From: Acidobacteriota bacterium
GTDB lineage: Bacteria > Acidobacteriota > UBA6911
Reading direction: 5' to 3'
NCBI GenBank assembly: GCA_963664705.1
Contig: OY761556.1
Span: forward strand, 3,552,001-3,616,000
Length of the DNA: 64,000 nt
The notes under the pieces are model-generated. The model did not search any database. It was given only the letters and a program-made list of their open reading frames with translations, and had not been told where the DNA came from. Each line of letters opens with the position of its first letter. Position 1 is the stretch's first letter. The position numbers and the translations under genes were made by a program. This document shows, piece by piece, positions 61,430 to 64,000 of the stretch.

Positions 61430-62560
61430 ATGCCCAAGAAAACCAAATCCGAAAACAAGCCAGCCAAAAATACGACGGATAAGCCTGTTTTGGACGCCAT
61501 CCAGTCCTCCGCAAAAGACATCCATACCAAGATTATGGCGCGCAAGAAGCCCACGATGAAGCTTCCAGTCCGCTCTCTGTCCAATGTTAAATACCAGCCG
61601 CAGCGGGGCTTCTTTGAAATGACCGGACAGAAAAAGGAGCGGACCCTCACGGTCAACACCGTCAAAACCTTCGCCCAGACATTGCGAATGGTTGCCCTGT
61701 CCAAAGAGCTCATCGAGAGCGATGACATCGCGACAAAACGAGAGGCGTACTATGTCTCTAAAAACTGGGAGGAAGCGCGTTTCAGCGAGCAGCCCGAATC
61801 GGACACGGTAATGGATGACGTGGAAGCCTATTTCGGAGTCAATCGGGAACAGTTAGGCTTCATTCCGGAAGAAAAGGGAGGCGATATTGCCGGCCGCCTG
61901 TTTGTCATTGATCACGATCGCGACACCGGCAAGGTTCTTAGAATCGACTGTACAAAATTTGGATCCGGCGCTTACAGCATTCCTATTTCTGTCGAACAGC
62001 TGCAGTTTGAAACCAATGCCGATTTCATCCTTGTCATTGAAACGGCGGGGATGTTCCAGCGGCTGGTAAAGCATAACTATTGGAAAAAAGCGAATTGCAT
62101 TCTGGTCAGCATGGGCGGAGTCCCAACACGGGCCTGTCGCCGCTTCATTCGCCGCCTCGCGGATTTCAAACAGATTCCCGTCTATGTGTTCGTCGATGGA
62201 GATCCTTACGGGATTACCAATATCTATAGAACCTTGAAGGTCGGATCCGGAAACGCGGCCCACCTGAATGAGTTCTTCTGCGTCCCGCAGGCGAGATTTC
62301 TCGGGATAACGCCCAAGGATATTGTCGACTACAAACTGCCTACTCACCCGCTAAAAGATGTCGACATCAAACGCGCCAAGGATGCGATTAAAAATGACCC
62401 CTTTATCCGACATTATAAAGACTGGGTCAATGCCATTGAACACATGCTTCACATGGGAGTTCGCGCGGAACAACAGGCGCTGGCCAAACATGGGTTGAAT
62501 TATGTGATCGACACTTATCTGCCCGAAAAGCTCAAACACCCGGAAAAATTTCTGCCGTAG
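61430..62560 (+). CDS. top6A: DNA topoisomerase VI subunit A (Spo11 homologue)
   Basis: TKREAYY (catalytic Tyr), EQPESD, IETAG, GVP, VDGDPYG toprim, AEQQAL; follows top6B. Confidence 0.95.
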   Translation: MPKKTKSENKPAKNTTDKPVLDAIQSSAKDIHTKIMARKKPTMKLPVRSLSNVKYQPQRGFFEMTGQKKERTLTVNTVKTFAQTLRMVALSKELIESDDIATKREAYYVSKNWEEARFSEQPESDTVMDDVEAYFGVNREQLGFIPEEKGGDIAGRLFVIDHDRDTGKVLRIDCTKFGSGAYSIPISVEQLQFETNADFILVIETAGMFQRLVKHNYWKKANCILVSMGGVPTRACRRFIRRLADFKQIPVYVFVDGDPYGITNIYRTLKVGSGNAAHLNEFFCVPQARFLGITPKDIVDYKLPTHPLKDVDIKRAKDAIKNDPFIRHYKDWVNAIEHMLHMGVRAEQQALAKHGLNYVIDTYLPEKLKHPEKFLP

Positions 62561-62587
62561 CAATCGGCTGTTTAAGTCAGCCCCCGG

Positions 62588-64000
62588 TTATGGGTAGATA
62601 CGGTAGAAGCGGGAGGTAATGGGTTCTCTCCTGTGATTCTTCATGAACAGGTGAAAGTGGAGGTATTCGGTCTCGAAATACCTCCAGCCCAATGGATCTT
62701 CGCTCAAATAAACCGGGATTTGATCCGCCCATGCTTTCTGGATGGTATTCTCCGCAGCTGCTGGATTCCAGTCCCAGCCCGACCAGAGTATTTGCCACTT
62801 TGGCCGGACTCCGATCCCTCGATAATAATCCAGCATGGGACTGTAGTTTCCTGCAATCAGCAAAGCCTCGCCGGGAACTGCATCCCGGATTGCCCGAGCA
62901 CTCTGCATTTTCTGCGCCTGATTCTGGAAATACGGATGAAGCACCATAATGGCCAGGCCGAACATCAACACGTGTGCCGCAGCCCAAAACAAAAGCCCCT
63001 TCCGAGAAGCTATCCATCGATCGTAGATATGGGAAGAAAAGATCAGGACTCCCGGCATCGCAACCAGGAGATACCTTGGATGAATCTGCACATCCGCATC
63101 CCGCCACAGCATTATCACTGGCAACGCCACGGCACTTACGAACCCCCAAACGCCATTGGGAATCGACGGACCTGCGATCAAATTGCCCGGAGAGCCCTCT
63201 GCTCGCTTCCTGCGCCGCAGAAAGCCCGCAATCGCCAGCGCCAGCCAGGAGGCTGGGCAGATCGCAAGCGTCCACAGGAGGCTTGCCTGGATGTTGTTCA
63301 AAACCTGCAAATGACCCATCGGAATGGCATGCAGCCACACCCTGGTGTGCTCAATAAATCCGGCTGGATCCAGGAAGTAGAATGCGACCACCGGAGCAAG
63401 CGTTGCCACGGCCGCAGCCAGGCCAAAGATAATCGTCGAGCCGATTCGAGATTTCCTTCTTTCCGGCCGGCTCCAGAGAATCCAGAGATATGCAGCTCCC
63501 ATCGTAATAGCCTGCTCCCGGATGCCCACAGCCAATCCAAAAATCAAACCACTCACAATTTCATTCACAACGGGATATCGGCCGTCGGGCTTCCACAGGA
63601 TGAGCGCAGCCGCTATTAATGCCACCAGCATCGGGACTTCCGTCATGATGAATCCCGAATAGATGGCATACATCGGCGAAATCGCGAATGCCAGTACCGC
63701 CAGTCGAGCAGCGGAGGGAGAAAGCAACTGGCGTGCGAGCTGCCTAAACAGCACTACTCCAATAACGCCAATCACGATCGTTCCCAGCATGATCACAACC
63801 TCGACTTGGAGAGGCCCGAGGTGGAAAATCGATTTGGCAATCTCCCATAGCAATATGTTATAGCCAAGAAATGCGGGCCGGCCGAATCCCAGAGCCGACA
63901 ACTGATGCGAAACAATCTGCTTTAAATAATCGTAGCTGTCCCACTGGCCGAGGAAGGTTGCGCACCCGGACAAATAGAGGAAAAAAGCGATTGCCGGCAG
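62588..64000 (-). CDS. GT-C fold glycosyltransferase (family 39/ArnT-like), 5' end outside the window
   Basis: WDSYDY, multiple TM, SGFIMTEVP, GLAVGIREQ, PRYLL. Confidence 0.8.
   Translation of the reverse strand: MPAIAFFLYLSGCATFLGQWDSYDYLKQIVSHQLSALGFGRPAFLGYNILLWEIAKSIFHLGPLQVEVVIMLGTIVIGVIGVVLFRQLARQLLSPSAARLAVLAFAISPMYAIYSGFIMTEVPMLVALIAAALILWKPDGRYPVVNEIVSGLIFGLAVGIREQAITMGAAYLWILWSRPERRKSRIGSTIIFGLAAAVATLAPVVAFYFLDPAGFIEHTRVWLHAIPMGHLQVLNNIQASLLWTLAICPASWLALAIAGFLRRRKRAEGSPGNLIAGPSIPNGVWGFVSAVALPVIMLWRDADVQIHPRYLLVAMPGVLIFSSHIYDRWIASRKGLLFWAAAHVLMFGLAIMVLHPYFQNQAQKMQSARAIRDAVPGEALLIAGNYSPMLDYYRGIGVRPKWQILWSGWDWNPAAAENTIQKAWADQIPVYLSEDPLGWRYFETEYLHFHLFMKNHRREPITSRFYRIYP

Noticed and set aside
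1-64000. CRISPR array, tRNA (including selC), rRNA or prophage
   Set aside because: No regularly spaced repeats, cloverleaf-like segments or phage genes were seen by eye. A tRNAscan-SE or Rfam run would be needed to exclude small RNAs.

Overview
A ~55% GC bacterial chromosome segment with about 51 CDSs. I found no rRNA, tRNA, CRISPR array or intact mobile element. The Acidobacteria-type VWA protein, zf-HC2/FecR anti-sigma factor, TamB/Omp85 protein and several anaerobe-type redox proteins suggest an anaerobic diderm, probably Acidobacteriota (inference). Recognisable genes are glnS, nth, ilvD, pepF, gcvP, trmO/tsaA, top6B and top6A, plus an RND pump, a GH3 glucosidase and a DPP III. Highlights: (1) a secreted UGSC-family selenoprotein that the ORF track splits, with an in-frame TGA in a U-x-x-C motif, a SECIS-like hairpin and 420 further open codons; (2) a tightly coupled ECF sigma / zf-HC2-FecR anti-sigma / four-gene ABC-2 exporter operon whose last permease carries a circularly permuted discoidin (CBM32) domain; (3) a stand-alone HNH nuclease resembling the ZRANB3 HNH domain; (4) a 2277-codon TamB-TamA/Omp85 fusion; (5) an intact archaeal-type topoisomerase VI operon; (6) an apparently catalytically dead serine-recombinase domain; (7) several regulatory motifs and intergenic hairpins with short periodic sub-repeats. 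All family assignments come from motif recognition by eye; no searches were run.
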